DNA from: Leucoraja ocellata
Taxonomy: Eukaryota
Length of the DNA stretch: 64,000 nucleotides
Direction of reading: 5' to 3'
Assembly: GCA_036785375.1 (NCBI GenBank)
Contig: JAWMAR010000026.1
Coordinates: 7,998,001 to 8,062,000, forward strand
Shown here: in pieces, positions 51,955 to 64,000 of the stretch
Position numbering within the stretch: position 1 is the stretch's first letter
How the letters are laid out: the number at the start of each line of letters is the position of its first letter
Made by a program: the position numbers and the translations under genes
Notes under the pieces: generated by a model
Seen by the model: the letters and a program-made list of their open reading frames with translations, nothing else
The model's database searches: none
What the model was told of the DNA's origin: nothing

Positions 51955-52213
51955 TGGCGACATGGTGGCACAGCAGTAGAGTTGCTGCCTTACAGCGCCA
52001 GAGACCCGGGTTTGATTCTGACTATGGGTGCTGTCTGTACGGAGTTTGTATATTCTAGCCGTGACTGCGTGGGGTTTCTCCAAGATCTTCACTTTCTTCC
52101 CACACTCCAAAGACATATAGGTTTGTACGTTAATTGGCTTTGTTATAAATGTAACCTACATTGTCCTCATGTGTGTAGCGTAGTGTTGGCGTGCGGGGAT
52201 TGCTGGTCGGTGG
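51955..52213 (+). mobile_element. tRNA-derived V-SINE (HE1-like). Further copies at about 10490-10790, 14950-15270, 15990-16190, 29280-29550, 59950-60230 and 63200-63505
   Basis: Box A/B-like head followed by the gctgtctgtacggagtttg...ccgtgactgcgtggg central domain. Confidence 0.75.
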
Positions 52214-52217
52214 TTTC

Positions 52218-52233
52218 TGCTGCCTCCTGGTGG
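52218..52233 (-). promoter_or_regulatory. Candidate CTCF site (reverse orientation)
   Basis: Minus strand reads CCACCAGGAGGCAGCA. Confidence 0.45.
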
Positions 52234-54652
52234 TTGAAAATGTATCAGCTTCTTCAAAAGGGCTGGTTTATCCATATATACTGACAATTAATCATCACAA
52301 AATCGATGATCTTTGTTTCAACATCTTGTGACCATTCCTGAGATTCATTATAAATATTTGTTCCATTCTTTAAAAATAACTTGCTTTTAAAACAAACCTC
52401 TGTGAGGTTTGTAGAAACAAGGAACCCCAGATGCTGGTTTCCAAAAAAAGATACAAAGTGCCGGACTAACACAGCGGGTCAGGCAACATCTCTGGAGAAC
52501 ATTGATGGGTGACATTTTGGGTCGGGACCCAAAATAGTCTGAAGAAACATCCCGATCTGAAACATTACCTATCCGAGTAGTCCAGAGATGCTGCTGACCC
52601 GATGGTTTACTCCAGCACTTAGTGTGTTTCTTTTGTTTATGAGGTCAATGTGCTGCTGTATTCTTGTATTCTTGTATTCAAATTTTATTGTCGTTGCCTC
52701 ACTTTGAGACAACGAAATGAATTTCCCGTACAGCAGTATCGTTAAAAAAAAATCACAAGAAAAATAATAAAAATAAATAATAAATAAATAATAAAACATA
52801 TTAAAAAATAAAATTGAAATTGAATTAAAAATTTAACAAAAGCACAAACACAAAAAGTCCACAACACAACATAACATAAATGGCACCCAGGTGAGGACGG
52901 CACCATAGTCCAGCCAGCCTCCCCTCCGTGTCCATCCGTAGTCGGGGCCTTCCGAGCACCCGCAGTCGCCGCCCCGGGTGGCCCGATGTTCAGGCCCTCA
53001 CGCCGGGCTGGTGGAACGCTGACGCCGAACCCCGACGGTGAGCATCCTCCTCCTCAGCGGCCCGGACCTTCTGATCAGCCGCCTCCCGCTGCCGGAGTCT
53101 GCAGCTCCTGAGTCCACAGGTCGAGCCGGGCAGAGTCACAGGACTCCGCGTTGATTAGTCAGCGCCGCCCGCGTTGGGAGCTCTGCAAACCGCAGCTCCG
53201 TGATGTTGGTGCAGCAGGTCCAGCACTCCGGGCTCCAAACGGCGACCCCCGGTAAGGCATCGCCAGCCCCGCGATGTTTCAGCGCTGTCCCGCCGCTGCT
53301 GGAGCTCCGGTCGATCCTGGCAGGAAAGGCCGCGCCAATCCAGGTAGGTAGGCTGCTGTGGGGGGGGGGGGGGGGGGGGGGAGGACGCGACTCGAATAAT
53401 AGTCGCGTCCTCACCAGGAAGCGGCTGAAGTACGGTATCCCCCGCACCGTGCCCTCTTCCCCCACATAAAAGCACAAAAAAACACAAAAAAATACACTTT
53501 TAACATAACAAAATAAACAAAAAAAAAAAAAGATACCGGGCTGTAGGTGGAGGCTGCTTGCACCAGCGCCACCGGAAGTACAAGAACTGTCACAGTCAAC
53601 ATATATCTGTGAGATTACCTATAATATCTGTTCAGTTTTCAGTCGCTGATGTTGCTAGAATTTCCAATCTGGTGAAGGAAAGTTTAATTCGCTTGGGTGA
53701 GCACATTGGGCAAAATAAGCATCTGCTTGCTAAAATGATGAACTGCACGAAATGTGCAATCTAGATTCAGGAGAGTTCACACAACAATTGAGGCGAGGGT
53801 TGCAAGAACAGTTAGAGAGCAGACAGCAGCTCTTGGAATGGAGCAATAGCAAGTAGGAAAAATATCCAAGTTAGAAAAAAAAAGAACAATTGCAAAGGTG
53901 AAATAGTTAATTGGAAATTAAGAGAAAGGAGCCAACTATCAGAAAACAATGAACAAATGATGATAGACAGGAAACAGCAGTTCAGGAAATGTGTTGTGAT
54001 CTTTACAAAGAAAACAGGAGGTTAACATTTCACATAAACTCTTGTACCAAACTGTGAGCGAATATTGGTGTTGGTCTGGGGCAGAGAAGAGAGCAGGGAG
54101 GGAAAAGAGATATATTTCTGACATTTCACTAACAAATTTGCCCTTTGAACTACTGGTTAAAACTGAGGGGGGTCAGTATCAGAATTCTAAATTATCAGTG
54201 AGGGTAAGAGAAGGATTCTGGATGAACAGAAGGATAAAATGTATCTGTTCATATAATCATACCCATTCAGTACAGAAACAGGGCATTCCACTCACCATAT
54301 CTATACTCATTCTGTGCTGTCTGACCATAACTCTGGGAACCGCAGTTCTTTTATCTTTTCACATTTTATGAGTTTTTTTGAAGTGGGGCTGACTATCTAA
54401 TGAATAGATAAGCATCCAATACTGGAACAGTATCTTCCCATCTCCACCCATTTCCGCCTTCAGCAGAGACAGCTCCCTCCGCAATTCCTTGGCTCGGTCA
54501 TCACTTCCCACCCAAACCACCCCCTCCCCAGGTAGTTTCTCAGGTGGATGTAACAGTGAAAGACCATCCATGTCAAAGCAGCCCATCTGATTGGTGCCCC
54601 AGCCACTGCCCTAGCCAAGCATTCCCTCCACCAATAGCACAATGTAACTATT

Positions 54653-56535
54653 GGGGCTGTCCCACTTCGGCGATTTTTTAGGCAACTGCAGGCGACTTGG
54701 CTGTCGCCACATGGGTGTCACCTGTATGGTCGTGAGTAGTCTCCTCAGTCGCGCAAAGAGTCGTAGCGTTTTTCTGGTCGCCGCAAATTTTTCAACCTGT
54801 TGAGAAATATTCGGCGACAGTGGGTTTGACCCATATGAGCGTAACTTGAATTCTCATGATGTAGGTTCTATTGTAGGTTGTCGCCAGTGATGTATGTTCC
54901 CGATGGTGCTGACCGATAAATTTCATTGGCACATTGGAAAAACCCACAGCCCCAGACACCACATGAGAGGGCTGTTGCCACCTTCCTGGCATTCTTGAAT
55001 AGTGAGCTGCTGAAGGTACTATTGTGGTCCAACTTCACTATGGCTACCATGACGATGGTCTATAACTTCTCCCAGCCGTTAAATATATTAAGCAATTTTT
55101 GTGGAATTTAAGGAACATTGGACTTTAATATTTTACCTTTAAATTAATGTTTTTGATTGAAATATTCACAATGAATTAATGTGTGTTGCAGACTCTGCAG
55201 CTGATGGGACACATAGGACAGCAACAGATGGGACCACTTCAATAGATGCCACTTATGGGACCACCATATCAGCAGGCATACCAGGTATCTAATTTCATAA
55301 TACTTTTTGTGAATTGGACTTGAAATTCTTTGTCACACACAGCTTGTGAAAAGTTTTCATTTATTTACCTTCCACTTAATATTGATATGTTTCTGTGTTG
55401 CAGCCATAGTCACTGATGGGACCACCACAGATGCCACCACCAGTGATGTTATGCTCACCGATGGCCACCTTACCAACAGCAAGGTCACCCTGTTCCAAAG
55501 CATAGCAGGTAGCCACTACTTCCACATACACTTGCTGGCAGCCTGCAAAATCTAGTGGCTGCTCTGCACTCCCATCTGCATTCACAGACTACCCCAGCCT
55601 TGATATGCCCAGATCAGCACCAGTGACAACAGGGGGTACCCCCACAACAGAGACCCAGGACGCAAGTGGGCACTTGAGTCTGGATTCTACAGGATTAATT
55701 GACACAGATCACACATAAGTGTAATGTGTCCATAAATTATGTGAAGTCCTGTATGATTTTGTACTTGTATTACGTTTGAAGTTTAAATTAAAATGTTGAA
55801 GTTTATTGAAACACAACAACACTTTTTGGGGTATGGGAGTACAATTTTATGTGATTATATCTTTATATGCACAGTTTTTATAATCTAATAATAAATCAAA
55901 CTTTCTTTGTTGTTAAATTTATTCTTCCTAGATTTATTATAGATAATTTCAATTTTAATGTGATTATAATATTTTTATATGGACTTTTTTTAATCAACTT
56001 TTTTTGTTGTAAAAACTTTTGTTTGTTTCAATATCAATAAAAGAAATGCTTGACATTTTGACAGCAAATTGGTGTATGAAGATATTATATTTCAGATTAG
56101 TGTCTCATGGAATTACTTTCGAATATATAAATTTCATATATTTTGACCAATAAAACAAACACAAGCATTGCACTGCATTGAAAAGCAGACTCTTTTCATA
56201 TATTTTCATCAATAACACAAACACAAGCATTGTACTGCATTGTAAATTATAGGAAAACTGAGATTCCATTGTTTTAAAGGCTTCATTTGTCGCCGACAGG
56301 ATCTTAGCTTGTTGTAGCTTGTTGACTTTGTCTGTGTTGTTGTAGGTGTCGTCGAAGGTTGTCGTAGGTGGACGTCCTAGTCGCGGAGATTGTGGTTGGC
56401 GGTAGCTAGGTGGTAGGTTGTTGTAGCTTGTCGTAGACATTGTTTTGGGGGTGGAGGGGGTTTAGTCGCTGGTTTCTTGGCGACCTGCTACGACTATGAC
56501 AATCGCCTAAAAAATCGCCTAAGTGGGACAGGCCC
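54653..56535. mobile_element. PIF/Harbinger-type non-autonomous DNA transposon
   Basis: About 30-bp TIRs gggctgtcccacttcggcgattttttaggc / gcctaaaaaatcgcctaagtgggacaggccc with subterminal tcgcc/gtcgta repeats. TSD is not clean. Confidence 0.75.
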
Positions 56536-56689
56536 ATTAGTGAGTAACATACACAAAATGCATTGCACACATACACACAGGCCATTCCAACAGCACCTCT
56601 GATACCCAAATAATTTGAGTGATCCCTCACATACTCAGGGAAGTAATGGGCGGAGAGTGTCATGTCAGTTGGAGGGAAGCTATTAAAGG

Positions 56690-59120
56690 GGATTCTTTGG
56701 GATAGGATTTAGTCCCATTTGGTTGGCCTAATGAGGGACAGTCAGCATGTTGCTGTATGCGGCAAGTCATGTCTTACTAAATTGTTCAAGCTTTTGAGCT
56801 GAGGAAGGTGATTGATGGGGGTAGGGTGGTGGATTTTAGTAAGGCATTTGATTAAGTCTCTGGTCCATAGGTTGATCCAGAGCATTAAGAGGCTTTGGGA
56901 TCCATGGTGTTGATCAAATGTTTTCCGAACTAGCTTATAGAAGACAGAGGGCTGTGGTGTAAGGGCAAGATGCTGGCTGGAGGTCTGTGACCAGTAGTGT
57001 TCTGCTGGGATCTGCATTAGGACCTCATTAGGACCTGCATTTGTGATATACGTAAATGACTTGGACACAAATATGGATGTGTTGGTTAGTAAGTTTGTAG
57101 TCAACACCAACATTTCTGCTGTTGAGGTAATCCGAACAAATGTGAGGTGTTACACTGTCTAGGATCTGCATGTTCCTGTTAGAGTGAAGGGCAAAGCAGG
57201 TGGGTGCAAGGAATCTTGGATGATGTGGGAAATTGAGGCCCTAGTCAAAAGTAAGTAAAGGAGGTATGGGGCAGATACAGGCAGCTGGGATCAAGTGTAT
57301 CCCTGGAGGAGTTTTGGGAACTGAGAAGCACATTAAAAAAAGAAATCCAGAAATTAATAGGGCAAAAAGGGGACAGGAAATAGCTCTGGCAGATAATATT
57401 AAGGATAATCCCTAGAGATTGTATGTACATTAAGGGAAAAGGGTAACCAGCAAGAGAATGGGCCCCTCACAAATCAAAGCGGTAAATTCTGCATGGAGAC
57501 ACAGGAGATGGGAAAGGTCCTTGATGAGTATTTCTGCTCTGTTTTACCATGGAGAAAGGTATGAGGATCGGGGAACTTAGGTCAGTCAATGAAAGTGTCT
57601 TGGGGACAGTCAATATGACGGTCGTGGAGGTGCTGAAGCTCCTAACACTTATGAAGGTAGACAAATCTCATGGGCCTGATGAGATATATCCAAGGACATT
57701 GTGGGAAGCTAGTGGAAATTGCAGGTATCCTGGCTTTGATTTATGAGTCATTAAATAAGGGTTAGGTGCCGGAAGATTGGAGGGTGTCTAGTAATGTGTC
57801 TCTTTTTAAAAAAGGCTGCACAGAAAAACAGGGAATTACAGGCCAGTGAGTCGAACATCTCTGGTCAGATAGTTACTAGTTTATTCTAAGGGAAAAGATA
57901 TACAGGCATCTTAATGTACAGGAGCTGATTAGTAATAGTCAGCATGGTTTTGTATGTTGGAGTTCATGTTTTATGAATCTGATTGAGCTTTTTGAAGATG
58001 TGACCCAAAACGGTTGATGGGGCTGAGCTGTTGATGTTGTGTATATGGATTTCAGCAAAGTATTTGACAAGGTTCCACGTGGTAGGCTGCTCTGGCAAGT
58101 TAGCTCAGATCCGAGGAGAGCTCACCGACTGGATAGAAAATTGGCTTCATGGAAGGAAAGGTGATGGTGTAAGGTTGTTATTTCGGACTGTAATTCTGTG
58201 ACCAGTGGTGTGCTTCAGGGTTTAGTGCTGTTTAGTGTTGACATCTACATCAATAATCTGGATGAAAACGTACAAAACATGATTAGTAAAATTGCAGATG
58301 ACATCAAAGTGCGTGGTAAAGATAGCGAAGATAGTTGTCAAAGATTGCAGCAGGATCTTGATCCATTGAGGAGGTGGGTTGAGAAATGGTTAATGGAGTT
58401 TAATGCAGAGAAGTGCGAGGTGTTGTATTTTGGGAAGTCGAACATGGGAAGGACCTAATTAGTGAATGGCAGGGCTCTGCGGAGCATTGAAGAGATGTGG
58501 GATCTCGACGTGCAGGTACATATCCTTCAATATGGCTTCACAAGGAGATAGGGTGGTCATGAAGGCTTTCATCTCATTGGCCCTCATCTATCAGAGTATT
58601 AAGTATGTAATTTGGGAGGTCGTTCATGATCATCATGTTATAGAAAAGATGTTCTTAAACTGGAAAAGGTGCAGAAAAGATTTACAAGAATGTTATCAGG
58701 ACTCTTGAGACTGAGCTATCGGGAGAGGTTGAGCAGGCTAGGACTTTATTCTGTTGAAATTCAGGTAGAGGAGGGGTGATCTTATAGAGGTGTATAAGAT
58801 CATGAGCAGAATAGATTGCATGGTAAATGCAGATTTTTTTTTACCCTGAGTTGAGGAAACAAGAACCAGAGGGCATAGGTTTTAAGGTGATGGAGGGAAA
58901 ATTTAATAGGAAGCTGAGCGGCATATTTTTTTAATGGTGGTAGGTATATGGAACAAGCTGCTTGAGAAGGCAGTTGAGGCAGGTACTATCACAATGTTTA
59001 AGAAACATTTAGACAGGTACGTGGGTAGGATGAGTTTAGAGGCATATGGGCCAAATGCAGACAGGTAGGATTAGTGTAGAAGGGCATGAGAAGCTATTTG
59101 GGCCAAAGGGCCTGGTATGA
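56690..59120 (+). mobile_element. Old degenerate CR1 fragments
   Basis: DKSHGPDEIYPR, TSGVLQG, KIADD, WLMEFNAEKCEV remnants. Confidence 0.8.
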
Positions 59121-61759
59121 CTTTATCCATCCTCTTGAGTTTCTTGGCTCCTTGTCTACACTTCCTATCCCATGTTCATCTGATGCCATCATCCTACAAT
59201 TATCTGGTTCTATCTAAAACCTTCCGACCTCTATCTCCACCTCACTCCTCCCTACCCCTACCTTGTTCCACCTGTCAATCATCCCCCTCCCCCACCTGTT
59301 TCCACCTTACACCGACCAGCCCCAATGTTACCCCTCATTCTAACTTTATACTGGCTATGTTCCCTCAAAATTCCCAGTCCTTGCTGAAATCAACTGCTAC
59401 AATATCAACAGCCCTGCCCTAATCCTCCCTTGCAGGGCCTTCACCAACAACATCAAGCAGTCCTTTACTTCCACAGATTCTGCCTGACCAGCTGATTTCC
59501 TTTGGCAGTTCGCTTTTGCTCAAGATTCCAGCATCTGCAGTCTCTTATGTTACCAGCTAACATTTGTTGAGCAACACTGGCCTCTGGTGGTTAACTAGCA
59601 AAGTTCAGACATTTTAATAAACGGATGCTTTTTCTTCCTCTTCTTCTTCTTCTTCTTCTTGCGAATGAAACATAAACCAAAGGAATAGTTAGGTCTCAAG
59701 CCAGGTGTTGAGCAGCCAGGTTGTTGGCCTGGGTGCTCATCGCCCTGTAGCCAGTCATCAACCAGGAACGTTAACTCTGTTTTTCGACAGATGCTGTCTG
59801 ACCTGCTGAGTGCTTTCAGCATTTTCTGTCGATATTTCAGATTTTCCTCATCTGCAGTCATTTGTCGTTTAATTACTAATTTCACTGGCTGAATTTAATT
59901 TGCCTTTGAGCCAGTCATTGGTGTGACATTGGACATTTTTTTGTTTAAATTGATTGAAAGGTAAAGCATGGAAATAGACCCATCACACTAACCATTCACA
60001 ATAGTTCCATGTTATCCCACTTTCGCATCCACTCTATACACAAAATTTACAGAGGCCAATTAACCTACAAACCCGCATGTCTATGGTGGGGAAACTGGAG
60101 CACCTGGAGAAACCCCATCCATCACAAGAGCAACGTGGAAGCTCCACATATAATGCACTTGAAGTCAGCATCTAACCAGGGTCTCTCCTGCTGAGAGGCA
60201 GCAGCTCTGCTAGATACATCACGGTGCCCAATTTCACTGGCATATTTAATTGTTATTTTTAGGCAGACTAAAGTCAGATTGTAAGACTGAAGTGAAATAC
60301 AGAGGGGTGCTGGAATCTGAAATACACACAGGAAATGTTGCCGGTGTTGGGCAGGTCACATGACAATTGTGGTTGATTACAGCAGAGGGGAACATTTGGC
60401 CCATCATGTCCAGACCAACTCTCTACCAGAGCAACACAAGCTCCACCCTCAATTATGTCCCTCTTGCCATGCAAGCATTAAAAGTTCTGAACTGAAAGAT
60501 GCTTTATCATGTAACGTGGCCCACTGGCCCTTCTCTGGCTTGCTGAGTGGATGCAGCATTTCCTCTTCCCAGCAGAGACATTGGAATTTGTCACTGAGGC
60601 ACAGCTTGATGTCTTTACTAGTTTTATCTTCACTGAGCTCAGGTGAGACTCTGAGGACAGGCTTCCATATAGGGAGATGCTAGATAGAGGGAGAGACAAC
60701 CTCTGGTGAGGAGGGCTTCCCATCCCCCCAGAAGTAGCAGACCTAACTCCATGTCTCCGAGAAGCAATGTACCTGGGGCTGAGTTTCCAAGCACCTGGAA
60801 AGGCCACCTGCCATGGGCAGAGCTCCGACCATGGACTCTGTCCAGGTTGCTCTGGCCATGCAATGGAGGTCACACAGACACTGACATGCTTAGCATCATA
60901 GGGAGGCTTTACAGGCATCACTGCAGACCACAAGCTACACCACATTACCTTGGCACGATGATGGAAGTAGCTTCACCCTGTGCAGAGCATGTGGCATCAT
61001 GACCACGGGCACACCCAGGGAGTGAAGGTTCAGGGAGACCTGAACTGTGTGCAGGTACAGACCATAGACTGCTGAGTTATTGATTAATAAATAACTCCAT
61101 CTCTCTACAAGAGCGAATGTAAAATGTGATCCTCACATTACATTCTGATGCTAAATGTCGCTTGCGTCAGAAATCACGTCAATTATTCTCTGCGAGAATT
61201 ATTCTCACATATAATTTGCTTATATGCAAAGTATGTGCAAGAGATGGGTGGATCCAGGTGAGGGGAGTTAAATTGGCAGACAGGTACAGAAAGTGACATT
61301 GGCCAGAGGTGAAAAGGAGACAAAAGGGTGAGGAGGAGTGAAATTTACAGCCGGAGGGAGAAATGTGGATGGAAGGGAAAAGAGGAGAAAAAGTTCAATA
61401 AATAACAAATGTACTCCAATAATAACATGGTATTTTGCAGTTCAGAGGAGGGGAAGGCGGGATGCGTAAAGGGAAGTGAGGACTCGGGGATGGGAGATGA
61501 GTATACAGAGGGGAAAGGAGCGAGGTAAGTTGGGGGAGGTGGGATACAGTGGGAGAATTGGGAGTGCAGTATTATGGGGGTGAGGAATGAAAAAGAGTCT
61601 AAAAGGTAGTTATCACTCAGTTAGAAAACTCAGTTCATTTGTGGAATTTGTGGTGGTATTTCTCCAGTTTGTGTACAAAACATAAGAACTGGAGAAACAT
61701 TACCACAAATGGAGGCAATGTAAGAAACCTGATATGTATGTGCATGGGAAGGAAAGCTA

Positions 61760-61897
61760 AAATGATTGGGAACAAGGAGATCCAGCAAGTATGCTGGAGT
61801 GCAAGTATTCAGTGAAACTGGTGACTAGTTTATGTTTGGTCTTGCCAATGTAAAGGAAGTCACACTGAGAGCACCAAATGAAGCAGACTGCAGGATA
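61760..61897 (-). mobile_element. Penelope-like element GIY-YIG endonuclease remnant
   Basis: CFIWCSQCDFLYIGKTKHKLVTSFTEYLHS resembles the Penelope pattern C-x2-C-x3-YIGET-x-R-x-L-x2-RF-x-EH. Confidence 0.7.
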
Positions 61898-61899
61898 TT

Positions 61900-62290
61900 C
61901 AAGAGTCAAGAGTGTTTTAATGTCAAATGAAATCCTTACTTGCTGCAGGAAAACAAAAAATGTGAATATGTAAACACAGTACATAACGGGGGAGAGAAAA
62001 ACACAGAAAAAGTTCAATAAATAACAAACCTACTGCAATTATAATATGGTATTTTGCAGTTCAGAGCTCAGATCTTATTCGCTGTTGTCTTTAATAGCCT
62101 GATGGCTGTAGGGAAGAAGCTGTTCCTGAACCTGGACGTTACAGTTCTCAGACTCCTGTACCTTCTTCCTGATGGCAATGATGAAACAATTGTGTGGCCA
62201 GGAAGGTGTGGGTCTTTGATGATTTTGGATGCCTTTTTTGAGGCAACGACTATGATAGATCTCTTTGACGGTGGGGAGGGCAAAGCTGGT
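61900..62290 (-). mobile_element. Rex1/Babar-type LINE 3' fragment
   Basis: KIIKDPHLPGH...LPSGRRYRSL...RFRNSFFPTAIRLL and a short tandem tail. Confidence 0.75.
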
Positions 62291-64000
62291 GATTGACAGG
62301 GACAGTTACTTTCTGCGGATTCACTCTCAGGAAGGCCGATTTTACAACTGCCAGCATTGATACAGGTGCACCCGAGACTGACGGGGCGAATGGCATTCCA
62401 GCACTGAACTTCTGTTCAAAGCAGGAGGCTTTTAGCGGGTGCAGAAGACGTTTATCAGAATATTGCCTGGATTAGAGGGTATTAGTTATAAACAGAGGTT
62501 GGACAAATTTAGATTGTTTTCTTTGAATCTTTAGAAAGAATGGGGAGACCTGATAAAGGTATATAAAATTATGAAAGGCATAGATAGGATAGGCAGTCAG
62601 AACCTTTTTCTTGGGATGGAAATATCAAAGACTAGATGACATAGCTTTAACATGATTGGGGTAATGTTTAAAAGGGATGTGTGGGGCAAGTATTTCGCAC
62701 AGAGAGTGATGAGTGTATGGAACAAACTACCCGAGATGGTAGTGGAAGCAGATATGATAGTGGCATTTAAGAGGCTTTTAGATAGGCACATGGATATGCA
62801 CGGAATGGATTTGAATCGCATGCAGGCTAAGTGGTTTAGTTTAATCTGGCATCATGTTCGGCACCGATATTGTAGGCTGAAGGGCCTGTATCTCTGCTGT
62901 ACTGTTCAATGTTCTGTAAAACTCAGTCTCTGAGCCCCAACTATCCCCGGCTGGTATCCCTACTTCCTCCTGCTCATTTCAATCCGAGGATCTTATGACC
63001 CAACCTCGGCTCTTTGATGCAATATTGAGTCACAGTTTGTTCTTTTTTGATGAAGAATTTGAAGTATGAAAGTCATGATTAAGGTGACGGGGATAGATGT
63101 AATGGGAACCTCATGGGCAACTTCATCACACACAGAGAGTGATAGGTAAATGACAGAAGCTGCTAGAGAAGGTAGTTTTGGCATTATACTATAGTTTACT
63201 TAGGTTTAGACATACATCACGGAAACAGGCACTTCAGAGCACCTAGTCTGCACTGACCAGCGATCATCCCATACACTAGCACTATCTTACAAACTTGGCA
63301 TAATTTACTACTTTTTCCGGAGCAGATAACCTACAATCCTGCACATCTTGGGAATGTGGGAGGAAACCGGGGCACCCGGAGAAAACCCACGCAGTCACAG
63401 GGTGAAAGTACAAACTCCGCACAGACAGCACCCCAAGTCAGGATCGGACCTGTGTTTCTGGCACTAACACAACAGCTCTAACACTGCATCACTGTGCTGC
63501 CCCAAAAAGATTTAAAAGTCATTTGGATAGATATATAGTTAGAAAGGTTTAGAAGGATATTGGCCAAATGCGTGCAGGTGGGACTAGCATACATGGGGCA
63601 TCTTGGTTGGCATAGGCAATTTGAGTGAAGGGCATGATTCCATGTTGTATCACTCTATGACTATGTTGTTTGCATGTTTGCCCAAGAGACAATTAGTTGT
63701 GAAGAATCTTTACTATTATCATGAAGAAACATGTTAGTAAATTGATGCACAGCAAACTTGCACAACAATCAGGTAAATATGCCAAAACTTCCTTTGTGCA
63801 GGTTGAGTTATTGACAGACAGACTGAAAGATTATATTTCAAAAGGGAATGCCTGCTGCTCTCTTGCACTTCCTCCTGCGGATCTTCTACGTGGTCTGTGG
63901 AGTGATGACCATTTGTATGAACAGCTGGCTTGAATTGGCCAAAGGGCCAGGGAGTTATAATCAATGAGATCGAACTGGGACTATGTCCCAAATGTTTGCA

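Overview
Eukaryotic, repeat-rich vertebrate DNA, most likely from a cartilaginous fish (skate/ray). That assignment is inferred from the abundant CR1 LINEs, HE1/V-SINE-like SINEs and Penelope-derived hairpins. The window holds a cluster of three intron-containing, non-rearranging immunoglobulin-superfamily receptor genes, which I assembled by hand from GT-AG sites with consistent phases. Gene A (minus strand) has only its leader and V exon in the window (1002-1536). Gene B (plus, 11372-20569, 7 exons, about 341 aa) and gene C (minus, 22830-38479, 7 exons, about 326 aa) look complete. Both encode a signal peptide, a germline-joined VJ-type V domain, one C1-set domain, an uncharged transmembrane segment and a cytoplasmic tail with ITIM/ITSM motifs. 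B has a SIRPalpha-like four-tyrosine tail. A and C are paralogs 36,943 bp apart and share an apparent gene-conversion tract. The rest is transposon debris: an internally inverted Gypsy LTR element, CR1, Rex/Babar and L1 fragments, a Harbinger-type element, a palindromic THAP-derived element, and many Penelope-derived hairpins carrying minimal hammerhead-ribozyme motifs. Three assembly gaps (N runs) are present. All gene models are unverified by transcripts.
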